A stretch of DNA of 64,000 nucleotides from assembly GCA_963827235.1 (NCBI GenBank), contig CAWHAE010000005.1, positions 1 to 64,000 of the forward strand. Reading direction: 5' to 3'. A program made the position numbers and the translations under genes. Position 1 is the stretch's first letter. The number at the start of each line of letters is the position of its first letter. Below are positions 10,773 through 21,316 of the stretch, in pieces. Under the pieces are notes generated by a model. It saw only the letters and a program-made list of their open reading frames with translations, did not search any database and was not told the origin of the DNA. The DNA is from an uncultured bacterium (GTDB taxonomy: Bacteria; Chloroflexota; UBA5177; JANWHV01).

Positions 10773-11324
10773 ATGAGCACTGCTGAGCAAACATCGCCGG
10801 CGATAACGCTGGACAATCGAGGCCTGGAGCCGCCCCAGCCGATGATGCGCGTCCTGGAGGCGCTCGGCACTCTGCCCGACGGTGGGACGCTGGTGGCCAT
10901 CAACGACCGCGAGCCCATGTTTCTCTACCCCCAGTTGGCCGCGCGCGGCTACCGGCACGAGACCTCCGCCCACCCGGACGGCGGCTACCGTATCGTCATG
11001 TGGCGGGAGGAGCAGGGTCAGGCGCCGGCGACAACTGTTCCGCCGAGCGCGATGCTGGACGACGCGCGTCCGGCCGTAGTGCTGGACGTGCGCGCGGATC
11101 TGCGCGGCGGCAACGAGCCGATCAAGCGGATCATGGCCACGGTGCGCGGGTTGCCGGCCGGTCAGGACCTGGTGCTCGTGGCACCATTCGAGCCGATCCC
11201 GCTGTACGCGGTCCTCGAGCGCCAGGGCTTCGCGCACGCGACCCAGCAGGTTGGTCCGGAAGAGTGGCAGATCCGCTTCAGCCGCGCGCAGGCAGATACG
11301 GGCGCGGCAGAGCGATCGGCGTGA
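10773..11324 (+). CDS. Tandem DUF2249 (TusA/SirA-like) domain protein
   Basis: LDNRGLEPPQPM..INDREPMFLY and LDVRADLRGGNEP..APFEPIPLY. Confidence 0.8.
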   Translation: MSTAEQTSPAITLDNRGLEPPQPMMRVLEALGTLPDGGTLVAINDREPMFLYPQLAARGYRHETSAHPDGGYRIVMWREEQGQAPATTVPPSAMLDDARPAVVLDVRADLRGGNEPIKRIMATVRGLPAGQDLVLVAPFEPIPLYAVLERQGFAHATQQVGPEEWQIRFSRAQADTGAAERSA

Positions 11325-11341
11325 GCGAGAGGAGCCCGCGC

Positions 11342-11635
11342 ATGGTGTCGAAAGAGCAGGTATTCGACGCGCTGAGAGCAGTGTATGATCCGGAGCTCGG
11401 CATCAACGTCGTCGATCTCGGTCTGATCTACGGCGTGGACATTGCCGACGACACGGTGGACATCACGATGACGATGACGACCCCCGGCTGCCCGCTGCAT
11501 CACGCGATCACGAGAGGCGTGCAGATGGCAGTCGGCATGCTGCCGGACGTGCACGACGCACGCGTGGATCTGGTGTGGACGCCGCCGTGGGAGCCCGAGA
11601 TGATGAGCGAGGCCGCGCGCCAGGCGCTGTGCTAG
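11342..11635 (+). CDS. DUF59 (SufT/PaaD-like) metal-sulfur cluster assembly factor
   Basis: DPELGINVVDLGLIY, MTMTTPGCP, WTPPWEP; RBS GAGGAG. Confidence 0.9.
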   Translation: MVSKEQVFDALRAVYDPELGINVVDLGLIYGVDIADDTVDITMTMTTPGCPLHHAITRGVQMAVGMLPDVHDARVDLVWTPPWEPEMMSEAARQALC

Positions 11636-11847
11636 CCATGGCGCAGCATCTTACCACGCCTTCGTCTGATGGCACCACGCGGAGGGGTGCCGGTGGCGGC
11701 GTGCTCTTCGTGGCGGTGCCGGGACACTCAACCTGCAGCAACCATACTGACTGTAACGGCATAGAGCGGCGATTCACGGCGTGCACTCGCCATGCAGCTC
11801 AGGTGACCGGGCAGGCCGGCTGAGGTGCCACGTCAGGGAGCGGTCGA

Positions 11848-12600
11848 TTGGCAGTGAGACGGCAAACACCGCTCGCACCTAGGGACATCGATCCGCAGGT
11901 CTGCACCGTCGACCTGCGGCTGCGCTTGCTTGGCGATACGCCCTTGTTCTCGGCCCTATCCGCCGAGGAGTTGTCCCGCGTCAATCAGCACTTCCAGGAG
12001 CGCGGCTTCGCGGCGAGCCAGACCATCTACGCCGCCGGTGCACCGGCCGAGTGGCTCTGCCTGCTGGCGGTCGGAGCGGTGAAGATCGTCCGGCCCACGC
12101 CGCAGGGCCAGAACGTCTTGCTCGACATCGTGAGGCCAGGCGAGCTGTTCGGCAGTCTGGCAGTGCTGGGCGACCGTGAGTACCGCGATAGCGCCGAAGC
12201 GCAGACGATGTGCTGCGTGCTTACCATCGCCGCCGGCGATTTCCGGGCCATGCTCGAGCGCTACCCGCCCGTGACACTGGCCGTGCTCGACATGGTCTCG
12301 GCACGGCTCCGGGCGACCCAGGAACTGGTCGAGCAGCATAGCAGCCAGCCGGTGGAGCAGCGCATAGCCGCCACGCTGCTCAAGCTCGGCGAGAAGCTCG
12401 GCGAGCAGCAGGGCGGCGAGCTGCTGATCCAGATGCCGCTCTCGCGGCGGGATCTGGCCGAGATGGCCGGTACCAGCATGGAGACGGCCAGCCGTGTGAT
12501 GAGCAAGCTGCGCAAGGCCGGACTGATTCGGAGCGGCCGCCGGTGGGTGGCGCTGGCAGATCCCAAGCAGCTCGCCCAGATCGCGAATACCGCGGGCTGA
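11848..12600 (+). CDS. Crp/Fnr family transcriptional regulator
   Basis: cNMP-like domain (GAVKI, PGELFG) and HTH SRRDLAEMAGTSMETASR; several Cys. Confidence 0.92.
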   Translation: MAVRRQTPLAPRDIDPQVCTVDLRLRLLGDTPLFSALSAEELSRVNQHFQERGFAASQTIYAAGAPAEWLCLLAVGAVKIVRPTPQGQNVLLDIVRPGELFGSLAVLGDREYRDSAEAQTMCCVLTIAAGDFRAMLERYPPVTLAVLDMVSARLRATQELVEQHSSQPVEQRIAATLLKLGEKLGEQQGGELLIQMPLSRRDLAEMAGTSMETASRVMSKLRKAGLIRSGRRWVALADPKQLAQIANTAG

Positions 12601-12854
12601 TGAGGAACCGCGACGTCTATGGCGAGAAGGTGGGCACCATCAACGGGTACAACACCGCTCACGAGTACCTGCAGATCAGGAAGAGCTTGTTCATCCCCCA
12701 GGACCTGTACGTACCGCTGGCCCTGGTCGACAGCGTGGACGTGGAGGCGCGCGACGTCCATCTGGCCGTCACCAAGGATCATCTCAAGCGGGTCTGCGTC
12801 GTGCAGCCGGAGGACGGCTCTCTGCCCAGCACCATCGCCGCTCCTGCAAACTGA
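12600..12854 (+). CDS. Small PRC-barrel/DUF2171-like protein
   Basis: DVYGEKVGTI..LFIPQDLYVP..VHLAVTKD; start overlaps the crp stop. Confidence 0.55.
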   Translation: MRNRDVYGEKVGTINGYNTAHEYLQIRKSLFIPQDLYVPLALVDSVDVEARDVHLAVTKDHLKRVCVVQPEDGSLPSTIAAPAN

Positions 12855-12955
12855 CCAAACGCTGACCTGGACAGCGGTGCCGCCGACAAAGGGTGTTGGT
12901 AGTCGACGTACCCGCGCTTGATGCAATGGGCGTGGCGAGAGATCATCGGCCGCGC

Positions 12956-13621
12956 CTATGCTGGCGGCAGCTGCTTGCTGACGACCGCACCGATCGGCAG
13001 CGTGGGAAGGGGCGCCGTCGTATCGAACAGATAGTGCCCGTAGGCGTTGATCACGGCGGTCTTGGCGATTTGCGACACGCGAGGCGTCCAGGGCAAGAAC
13101 AGATGATTGTGCCCGTGGAGCCAGTACCGGGGTCGATAGCGCTCGATGAACCACCGGAAGCTGGCGGATCCGCGGTGTGCCCAGTCCGTAGCATCAAGAC
13201 GCGGGTTGCGATGGAGCGGCGCCGTGTGCGATACCACTAGGTCCACGCCTCCTGCCCAGCGCACGTGCCAGCCCAGCCGGTGCACCCGCCAAGCCAGCTG
13301 GCGCTCGGTGTATTGATAGGCCTCCGGACCGGCGTTGTAGCGCAAGCCGCCTGCGAACCCCACGAGGCGCAGACCGCCGATGGTGAGTAGCCGGTCGGCG
13401 AGGTCCTGGCAGCCCTCGGGTGGATGTGTCCGATACGCGGTATCGTGGTTGCCGGCCACGTAGAGCAAGGGCACGGTCAGCTCGGTCACGAGGTATTCGA
13501 GGTACTCGCGGTCGAGGTCGCCGCACGAGATGACGAGATCGACGTGGCCGCGCCAGGCAGCAGGCTCGAAGTCGTCGTAGAGGAGGCGTTCTGGGGTGTC
13601 GGCAATGGTGAGGATGCGCAT
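12956..13621 (-). CDS. Metallophosphoesterase
   Basis: IAD, CGD, GNHD, SH, HGHNH motifs. Confidence 0.9.
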   Translation of the reverse strand: MRILTIADTPERLLYDDFEPAAWRGHVDLVISCGDLDREYLEYLVTELTVPLLYVAGNHDTAYRTHPPEGCQDLADRLLTIGGLRLVGFAGGLRYNAGPEAYQYTERQLAWRVHRLGWHVRWAGGVDLVVSHTAPLHRNPRLDATDWAHRGSASFRWFIERYRPRYWLHGHNHLFLPWTPRVSQIAKTAVINAYGHYLFDTTAPLPTLPIGAVVSKQLPPA

Positions 13622-13747
13622 AGGCGAGCTGCCTTCATCGAGACTCGATGGGCGCGTGCCGGGAGCGTGCTGGGCCGGCGTCGTGACTCCAGTTCAGCTC
13701 AACGCGGTGAAGCAACGTCTCAAGCATCTGTGGCACAACACGGCAGG

Positions 13748-13790
13748 CATGACAAAAGTCACATTGGCGCGGCGAGCACCGGACTACAGT
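13748..13790 (+). promoter_or_regulatory. CRP/FNR-type box plus -10 hexamer
   Basis: CATGA-CAAAAG-TCACA (13748-13763), 21 nt, TACAGT (13785-13790). Confidence 0.7.
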
Positions 13791-13897
13791 GATCATAGAA
13801 CATTGTGATCTGGCAAGGCTGGTGGCCATACGCGCCGGCGCCGTTCGGCGATGTTCTCAGCCGGTCACGGGCGCTGCAGCGAGCAGCCGATGGGGGA

Positions 13898-14437
13898 ATG
13901 GTGAACGAGACGTCAGCTCCGCTACGCGAAGCAGCCGGCGCAGGGGGTAGCGCTGCCGGCGGTGGTGTACCGCGGGTAAGGCCACCGCTCTGCGTTGGCA
14001 TCGTGTTGTTCGATGCATCGCGTAGCCGCGTTTTCGTGATGCGCGGGGCGACGATTGACGATGGCCGTGAGTTTGCCGTGGAGGACAGTGGTTCTGCGCT
14101 AGACTGGCATCGCGCGGATGGTAGAAGGCAGATGGTCGCGCGCAGGGAGAACCATGGGCGTGCCGCCTACACTGCCCGGCTCATCGCGCAGCTCGATGTC
14201 CAACGTCCGCTGGATTGCCTGCTCGTGGCCGGACCGCCCGGGGCCAAGGCACTCCTGCGCCAGCACCTCTCGACGTCGTTGCGCACTCGACTCGCAGGTT
14301 CGCTAAGCCTGAGCGTTGCAAGTGGCCAGAGCGCCATTCTCCGCGCAGTTCTTGCGAGAGTGGAGGCGTCGGCGCACGCATCGCGCCGAGCCGGCCACCG
14401 CCGGCGTGACGCCTGCTCAAAGCCGCGCCAGGTATGA
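13898..14437 (+). CDS. Stand-alone eRF1 domain-2-like (baeRF/host-attachment-like) protein, possibly degenerate
   Basis: IVLFDASRSRVF..LLVAGPPGAKALLRQHLSTSLRTRLAGSL pattern. Confidence 0.5.
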   Translation: MVNETSAPLREAAGAGGSAAGGGVPRVRPPLCVGIVLFDASRSRVFVMRGATIDDGREFAVEDSGSALDWHRADGRRQMVARRENHGRAAYTARLIAQLDVQRPLDCLLVAGPPGAKALLRQHLSTSLRTRLAGSLSLSVASGQSAILRAVLARVEASAHASRRAGHRRRDACSKPRQV

Positions 14438-15035
14438 GCGCCCGACGGCGAGCCGAGCAAGTGTCTCTTGAGACATCACCCAGCCCTCACCTGCAAGGTC
14501 ATGCTGTCCTTGCATGGCCAGGCCTCGAACGAGCACCAACCGCGAAGCGCTGGACGCTATCCATCCCAGCACCTAGGCGACCTCATCCTTGAGCCTAACG
14601 CCGTTATCGTACGCTCAAGACTGGCCGCGTCAGCCAGCTTGGCGGCGCAAGAGCGCGAAGAACGCGTCGGTGCAGTGCTGCGGCAACGTGGTGGGCTCGC
14701 GACATGCGGAGTTCGTCCGCGTCCTCTTGATGCCTCGGACGTCCAGTGCTTGCCTGGATATAGCCGTGTACCGTGCCGGTCGTGCGTCATCGATGGCCGC
14801 GCCGTATCGAGTGGCTGGGCGTAAGAAAGACGCCGCCAGGTCATCCAATGAACGTATGGCGCACACGGCGCCTGATGACGACAAGGAGCAACCTTGTGGC
14901 CACCCCACATGCGCCGCCGCTCGTCGGCCGCGGTGTCCGCGGCGTGGCCGTCAACCCAACCGTCGTCGCCGGAGCGCTTGCAGGACGAGCGCTGGGCCCA
15001 CGCCTACCGAGATACGAGGAGCAGGAGAGCGAAGC

Positions 15036-16241
15036 ATGAGCGTGCACCAACACCACTATCTGATCATCGGCGGCGGCATGGCCGCTGCCGCTGCCGTACG
15101 TGGTATCCGCGAGGTTGATGCCCACGGTTCCATCGGGCTGATCGGCGAGGAAAGCGACCTGCCGTACAAGCGACCGCTGCTGTCCAAGAAGCTCTGGCAG
15201 GGCGGAAGCGTCGACCGCATCTGGATCCGACTCGCGACCCAGGACCTAACCACCTATCTGGGCCGCACCGTCGTGGCGGTCAATCCGCACAACAAGCAAG
15301 TCAGCGACAGCCAGGGTACGGTCTACGGCTACGAGAAGCTGCTTCTGGCCACGGGCGGCACGCCCCGCCGGCTGCCATTCGGCGACGATCACATCACCTA
15401 CTTCCACACGCTCGATGACTACCGGCGGCTGCGCGCGCGTGCCGATCAGGGTCAACGCTTTGGCGTGCTCGGCGGCGGCTTCATTGCCGCGGAGATCGCC
15501 GCCGCCCTGCGCATGACCGGGCATGAGGTCGTGCTCGTCGTGCGCGACGATGCGATCTGCGCACGCCTGTTTCCAGCCGATCTGTCCGCCTACGTGACGT
15601 CGTTCTACCGGCAGCAGGGGGTGGACGTCGTGCTGCGTGACGAGATCGTGAGCCTGGAACCCCGCGGCGACCAGTGCGCGCTGAGCACCGCCGGAGGGCG
15701 GGTGCTCCTGGTGGATGGCGTCGTGGCGGGTATCGGCATCCGGCCGAACATAGCGCTGGCCGAGCAGGCCGGCATGGCCGTCAGGAACGGTATCCAGGTG
15801 GATCAGTTCCTGCGCACCAGCGACCCTGATATCTACGCGGCGGGCGACGTGGCCGAGTTCCCGGACCACGCGCTGGGTGAGCACCGCAGGGTGGAACATG
15901 AGGACAACGCCAACGCCATGGGCCGCCTGGCAGGCAAGGCAATGGCCGGCCAGGCAGAACCCTATCACCACCTTCCCTTCTTCTACTCCGACTTGTTCGA
16001 GCTGGGGTACGAGGCAGTGGGCGACCTGGATGCCAAGCTGCAGACCGTGGCCGATTGGCAGGATTCCTATCGCAAGGGCGTCGTCTACTACCTACGCGCA
16101 GGGCGCGTGCGCGGCGTGCTGCTGTGGAACATCTGGGGGCAGCTGAAGGCCGCAAGGCAGCTCATCGCCGAGCCCGGCCCGTTCCGGCAGCAAGACCTGC
16201 TCGGCCGGCTGTCACAGCAGGAGAGGTCGGTTGAGCCATAG
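15036..16241 (+). CDS. NAD(P)/FAD-dependent oxidoreductase (ferredoxin reductase/AIF-like)
   Basis: IIGGGMAA, PYKRPLLSK, LATGG, GGGFI..E, IYAAGD, RVEH, PFFYSD. Confidence 0.92.
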   Translation: MSVHQHHYLIIGGGMAAAAAVRGIREVDAHGSIGLIGEESDLPYKRPLLSKKLWQGGSVDRIWIRLATQDLTTYLGRTVVAVNPHNKQVSDSQGTVYGYEKLLLATGGTPRRLPFGDDHITYFHTLDDYRRLRARADQGQRFGVLGGGFIAAEIAAALRMTGHEVVLVVRDDAICARLFPADLSAYVTSFYRQQGVDVVLRDEIVSLEPRGDQCALSTAGGRVLLVDGVVAGIGIRPNIALAEQAGMAVRNGIQVDQFLRTSDPDIYAAGDVAEFPDHALGEHRRVEHEDNANAMGRLAGKAMAGQAEPYHHLPFFYSDLFELGYEAVGDLDAKLQTVADWQDSYRKGVVYYLRAGRVRGVLLWNIWGQLKAARQLIAEPGPFRQQDLLGRLSQQERSVEP

Positions 16242-16930
16242 GGAGTGGCAGCCATCGGCTCCTGCGCTACAGCCTTACGCGGACGGCGTGATGGATCACG
16301 ACAGGGTGATGAGCGATCGCAGGGCTCGCGACGTACTGGAGGCCGCGCCGTGAGTCTTGCCGCGCAGCTGCCGCCAGGACAGCATCAGGCTCTCGGCGTC
16401 GGTGTGCTACACTCGGCAGAGCGACGTCAACCAGGAACGCGAGCGGAGCCCTGCCTCTCGCTCCCGGACAGTACGCTGTCTCGCTCGCCTTTCCCATGAC
16501 CGGTGTAACGCGCATGGTGTTTGATGTTCGGATGTCTCGTGGATGGCAGATGGTCAGGGCGCTGCTCCTCGACGTCGATTCAAACGGCAGACCCGTGCCG
16601 ATTACCACCAGCCCACCGTAGCGGTGGAAGACCTAAACATGCCACCATCTTCAATCTCTCTCCCACGTCGGCGGCCGCGCATCGTGCGGCGACGATCGGA
16701 TCGTAGCCGCTCCCCTCGTACGCCAGAAGCACGCTGGCCCTGCGTTCCGAGCCCGCGAGCGCCGGCAGTCCGTATTCCCGGTTGAGTAGGGTGCTGCTGG
16801 CAACAGACGCCAGGTCTTTCGCTGTGGTGTCGTGAACGGTACCGGTTCCTCATCGCCAGTCTCGCGACCGTCTACGGCACGTACGGCCCGTCGGAGGACT
16901 CTGACACATCCTGCAGGTGCGTCAACCCCT

Positions 16931-18822
16931 TCACTCCTGCCGCGATGCCATCCTCGACTCTGCCAGGAGGGCATGCGCGGCGTCGAGAATGCCCCTGGGC
17001 CCGATGCCAGCAGCGTCCATGAGCTCCTCGGGCGTGCCTGAGCTCGGCAGCCTCTGCACGGCGCACTGGATGATCTGCGGTGGTTGCGTCTCGGCGGCCA
17101 GGGCCTCCAGCACCGCCGCGCCGAGCCCGCCCTCCGGGTAGTGATCTTCGGCTACTACCAGGCGGCCGCCGGTGACGTGCGCAGCCTGGCGAAGCGCATC
17201 GCGGTCGACTGGCTTGACGGAGTAGAGGTCGATTACACGCGCCCGGATGTCCTCCCCGGCCAGCTGGTCTGCCGCCGCCAGGCAGGCGTACACGGTCACG
17301 CCCGCGCCAAGCAGCGCGACGCTGTCTTGGGAGGAGCTGCGCAGCAGCTTCGAGCCGCCGACGGTGAACGGCTCACCCGGGCCATACAGGACCGGGTAGG
17401 CGCCACGGGTGGTTCGCAGGTAGACGATGCCCGGCGTGTCCGCCGCGACGGCGGTGAGCTTCGCGGCCGACGTTGCATCAGAGGGGTAGAGCACGGTCGA
17501 CCCATGGATAGCTCGCAGCGCCGCCAGATCCTCCAGGCCCATCTGCGACGGCCCATCCGGCCCAATCTCCACGCCGGTGTGCGAGCCCACCAGGCGCAGG
17601 TTGGCGCCGGAGATCGCCGCCATCCGGATGAAGTCGTAGGCCCGGCTGAGGAACGCGGCGAAGGTGGCGGCAAACGGCACGTAACCGCGCACGCTCATGC
17701 CGACCGCGGTGGCGACCAGCTGTTCCTCGGCGATAAACATCTCGAAAGAAGCGCTCCGGATAGCGCTGGGCGAAGAGCTCCGTGCACGTGGAGTTGCCGA
17801 CTTCACCGTCCAGGACGACGACGCCTGCGCGGGCGCCAAGCGCGGCGAGCGCGTCGCCGAAGGCTTTGCGAGTCGCCATCCGCTCGCCGAGAGCGTAGCT
17901 CGGTAACGCGACCTCGGCAGGTGCCTCTGTGACGGCAGTTGCCGCTCGCGCTGGCTTTGCCGGCTGCACCCGCACGTCGCGGCTGCCGCCCAACTCGGCG
18001 ATCGCCTGGTCCGCCAGCACGGGCGGGAGCGCCCGGCCATGCCAGCCTTCCTTGTCCGCGAGTGCGCTGAACGCCCCAGCCTTTGACGGTCTTGGCGATG
18101 ATCACCGTGGGCTTGTCGGTGACTGCGCGAGCAATCGCGAACGCTTCGTCCATGGCGGCCAGATGGTGGCCGTCGACAACCTGGGCGTGCCAACCAAAGG
18201 CTTCGGCGCGCCGTCTGTATGTCTCCAAGTCCCAGCCCAGTGCCGTCTCTCCGCGCTGGCCCAGGCGGTTGATGTCCCACAACGCGGTCAGATTGGAGAG
18301 GTGGTAGTAGGACGCTTTGTCGAGCGCCTCCCAGATCGAGCCCTCGGCCAGCTCCGAGTCGCCGCAGAGCACCCACACGTGGTACGGCCGCTGCTCCAGG
18401 TACTTGCCGGCCAGGGCGATGCCCACGCCGATGGGCAGCCCCTGGCCGAGCGAGCCGGTGGCAACGTCGACCCAGGGCAGTGCAGGGGTGGGATGCCCCT
18501 GCAGCCGCGAGCCAAACGCGCGGAAGGTCAGCAACTCCTGGTCCGTGATGGCACCCGCGGCCTTGTACATGGCATAGAGCAGCGGCGAGGCATGGCCTTT
18601 GGAGAAGATCAGATGGTCGTTGTTGGGATTGCGCGGATCGTCAAAGTCATAGGCAAGGTGCTTGCTCAGCAGGACCGCCATGAGACCGGCCGCGGACAGC
18701 GCCGAGGTGGGGTGGCCCGATCCGGCAGCGGTGGATGCGCGAATGCTGTCGATGCGCAGCTGCTGCGCCAGCTCAAAGAGTTCTGGGATAGTTGCCGTAT
18801 CGCGGCTGATGGCAAGTGCCAC
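16931..18822 (-). CDS. tkt: Transketolase, split by two frameshifts (~18060, ~17745)
   Basis: SGHP, SKGHA, LQGHP, TGSLGQG, GDSE..EG, IAEEQL, FAAFLSRA, GPDGPSQM across three frames. Confidence 0.9.
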
Positions 18823-18932
18823 TTCGCGTGCTCCTTCCTGCCCTCGCCCGCTGCCCTGTGTGCTCAGAATCGCTCCGTGGTGCTCGGGCGGTGGCGAACC
18901 TCATCGCCAGCCCGTGGCTCCGTGATCGAGGT

Positions 18933-18975
18933 AGTCTAGCGCGGACAAGGCTCTCGATCCGTGACTTTTGTCGCC
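18933..18975 (-). promoter_or_regulatory. CRP/FNR-type box plus -10 for tkt
   Basis: Minus strand GGCGA-CAAAAG-TCACG (18975-18960), 21 nt, TAGACT (18938-18933). Confidence 0.65.
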
Positions 18976-19045
18976 GAGACGTCTCCACGCATCCTCACGT
19001 CGTGCGGGCGCGCAATCGCTCCTGGCCGTGAAACGCTGTAGCTAC

Positions 19046-19088
19046 TTGACGCCGATCATATAACCGGGCGGCGGCTCACGCCTATGAT
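19046..19088 (+). promoter_or_regulatory. FNR-type box plus -10 for the HMA/ATPase operon
   Basis: TTGAC-GCCG-ATCAT (19046-19059) and TATGAT (19083-19088). Confidence 0.6.
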
Positions 19089-19127
19089 GGTCCCAGAACG
19101 TTGAACTCCATCAAGGGGAAGCATACG

Positions 19128-19343
19128 ATGAAGACCATTCTGCGAACTCCAGACCTGACCTGTCCATCCTGCGTGCTGAAGATCGAAAAGGCGCTCAAAC
19201 ACGTGGATGGCGTCCAGCATGCCACCGTGCACTTCACCACGGGCCGCATCGAGGTACAGCACGATCCGGAGCGGGTCACCGTGGATGACCTGGTGAAGAC
19301 CGTGCGCGCGACCGGCTACCAGGCCACGGCGGGAACACGCTGA
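19128..19343 (+). CDS. Heavy-metal-associated (HMA) chaperone
   Basis: LTCPSC motif in a 71-aa protein; stop overlaps the ATPase start. Confidence 0.9.
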   Translation: MKTILRTPDLTCPSCVLKIEKALKHVDGVQHATVHFTTGRIEVQHDPERVTVDDLVKTVRATGYQATAGTR

Positions 19344-21253
19344 TGCGCGCGTCGTCCCCCTGGCTCTCCAGCCCCACCCAGCGCCGCCTGCTGCTCACCA
19401 CCGCCAGCGGGATCCTCATTGGCGCGGGGTTCGGGGCCGGCTGGGTGACCGGATCCCCGACCCTCCGGTCCGGGCTGCTCGTCGCCGCTGCCGCTATCGC
19501 CGGGTCCGACATCGCCCTGCGCGCATTACTGGGTCTGCGCCGCCGCCAGGTCACCATCGAGCTGCTCGTCACCATCGCGGCAACCGGCGCGGTGGCCATC
19601 GGCGAGGCCTGGGAAGCCGCCGCCGTCACCTTCCTGTTCATGCTGGGCGCCTACCTGGAGGCCCGGATGCTCGGCCGGACGCGGGCGGCGCTGACCCACC
19701 TGCTTGCCCTGGTCCCGGCGACGGCCACGGTGCTGCGCGCGGGGGACGAGGTGGTCATCGCGCCCGACGACGTGCAGGTGGGCGAGACCGTGCTGGTCAG
19801 GCCCGGCGCGCGCATCCCGGTCGACGGCGCCGTCTTGCGGGGACGGGCCGCCGTCGACGAGAGCATGATCAGCGGTGAGTCGCTGCCGGTAGAGAAGACG
19901 GTGGCTGACCCGGTCTACGCGGGCACAATCAGCCGGGACGGTGTGCTGTGGTTGCGGGCGACGGGCACCGGCGCCGATACGACGCTGGCGCGCATCGTCG
20001 GCTGGGTGGAAGCGGCGCAGGAAGCCAAAATGCCGATGCAGCGGTCCATCGAGCGGTTTGCCCGCTGGTATACGCCGGCCATCATCGGTCTGAGCGTCGT
20101 CCTCTTCCTGGCCACGCGCGATACCCGGCTGGCCCTGACCCTGCTGGTCATCGGCTGCCCCGGCGCCCTGGTCATCGCCACGCCGGTGGCGGTCGTCGCC
20201 GGCATCGGCCGCGCGGCCCAGCGGGGTATTCTGATCAAGGGCGGCGAGCACCTGGAAGCTGCGACCCGCATCTCCGCCCTGGCCCTGGACAAGACCGGCA
20301 CAATCACCCTGGGCGCACCAGCGCTGACGGATCTGGTCGTCCTGGCACCGTTGCCGCCGGTCGACGGCCAGCTCGCCACGCGCACCGGCTCCTGGAGCCC
20401 GGCGCAGCAGGACGTGCTGCGCTGGGCGGCCATCGCGGAGGCCGGCTCGGAGCACCCGCTCGCTCTGCCCATCCTCGACGCGGCCAGAACCGTCGGCGCG
20501 GTCCGCCAGGCCGACGAGATCGCCGTGCATGCGGGACGAGGCGTCAGTGCCACCTATCAGGGCCATGCTATCGCCGTGGGCACCAGAACCCTCATGGGCG
20601 AGCTTGGCGTTGCGATAAGCGTGGAAGCCGAGGAGCGCATACGCCATCTGACAGAGACCGGCACGATCTCCGTCCTACTGGCTCATGACGGCAGGGCGGC
20701 AGGTATCTTCGGCCTCGCCGATACCAGGAGGGCTGCCGCTGCCGCCATGGTCGCGGGTCTGAAGGCCGGCGGCTTGCGCCGTATCGCACTGCTGACGGGC
20801 GACGGAAGCCGCACAGCGGAGGCCATCGCCCGCGAGGTCGGTATCGACGAGGTGTATGCCGGCCTCCTGCCCGTGGACAAGCTCGCACACATTCGCCGGC
20901 TCCAGCAGGCAGGGCACGTCGTGGCCATGGTCGGCGACGGCATCAACGACGCGCCGGCACTGGCTGCCGCCGACGTCGGCATCGCCATGGGTGCAAGGGG
21001 TACGGCGCTCACCGTGGAGACGGCGGATATCGTTCTCATGACCGACGATCTGATGAAGCTACCCGAGGCCCTACGACTGGCGCGGGCTACTACACGGGCG
21101 ATCCGGCAAAACCTTGTGATTGCGCTGGCCACGGCGGCCGCCCTGCTCGTCGGCGTGCTCTTCGGTCGCGTCGGCATGGCCGGGGGCATGTTCGTGCACC
21201 AGGCCTCCGTGCTCCTGGTCGTCGTCAATGCCCTGCGACTCCTGCGCGCCTGA
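19343..21253 (+). CDS. Heavy-metal P1B-type ATPase (CPG motif)
   Basis: SGES, IGCPGAL, DKTGT, SEHP, GDGINDAP, HQAS. Confidence 0.95.
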   Translation: MRASSPWLSSPTQRRLLLTTASGILIGAGFGAGWVTGSPTLRSGLLVAAAAIAGSDIALRALLGLRRRQVTIELLVTIAATGAVAIGEAWEAAAVTFLFMLGAYLEARMLGRTRAALTHLLALVPATATVLRAGDEVVIAPDDVQVGETVLVRPGARIPVDGAVLRGRAAVDESMISGESLPVEKTVADPVYAGTISRDGVLWLRATGTGADTTLARIVGWVEAAQEAKMPMQRSIERFARWYTPAIIGLSVVLFLATRDTRLALTLLVIGCPGALVIATPVAVVAGIGRAAQRGILIKGGEHLEAATRISALALDKTGTITLGAPALTDLVVLAPLPPVDGQLATRTGSWSPAQQDVLRWAAIAEAGSEHPLALPILDAARTVGAVRQADEIAVHAGRGVSATYQGHAIAVGTRTLMGELGVAISVEAEERIRHLTETGTISVLLAHDGRAAGIFGLADTRRAAAAAMVAGLKAGGLRRIALLTGDGSRTAEAIAREVGIDEVYAGLLPVDKLAHIRRLQQAGHVVAMVGDGINDAPALAAADVGIAMGARGTALTVETADIVLMTDDLMKLPEALRLARATTRAIRQNLVIALATAAALLVGVLFGRVGMAGGMFVHQASVLLVVVNALRLLRA

Positions 21254-21316
21254 GGGTGGCGCCGTCGACCGGGCTCAGCGGCGATGTTCAGCCGCACGGA
21301 GAGAGGTGCTAGACCC

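Noticed and set aside
16495-16510. Possible further regulon box CATGACCGGTGTAACG
   Set aside because: Poor right half, no -10 at the 21-22 nt spacing, and no convincing downstream gene.
16931-18822. Programmed frameshifting in tkt (also nuoCD, LCP, btuC, btuF)
   Set aside because: No consistent slippery sites or stimulatory structures seen; scattered indels across unrelated genes fit sequencing error.
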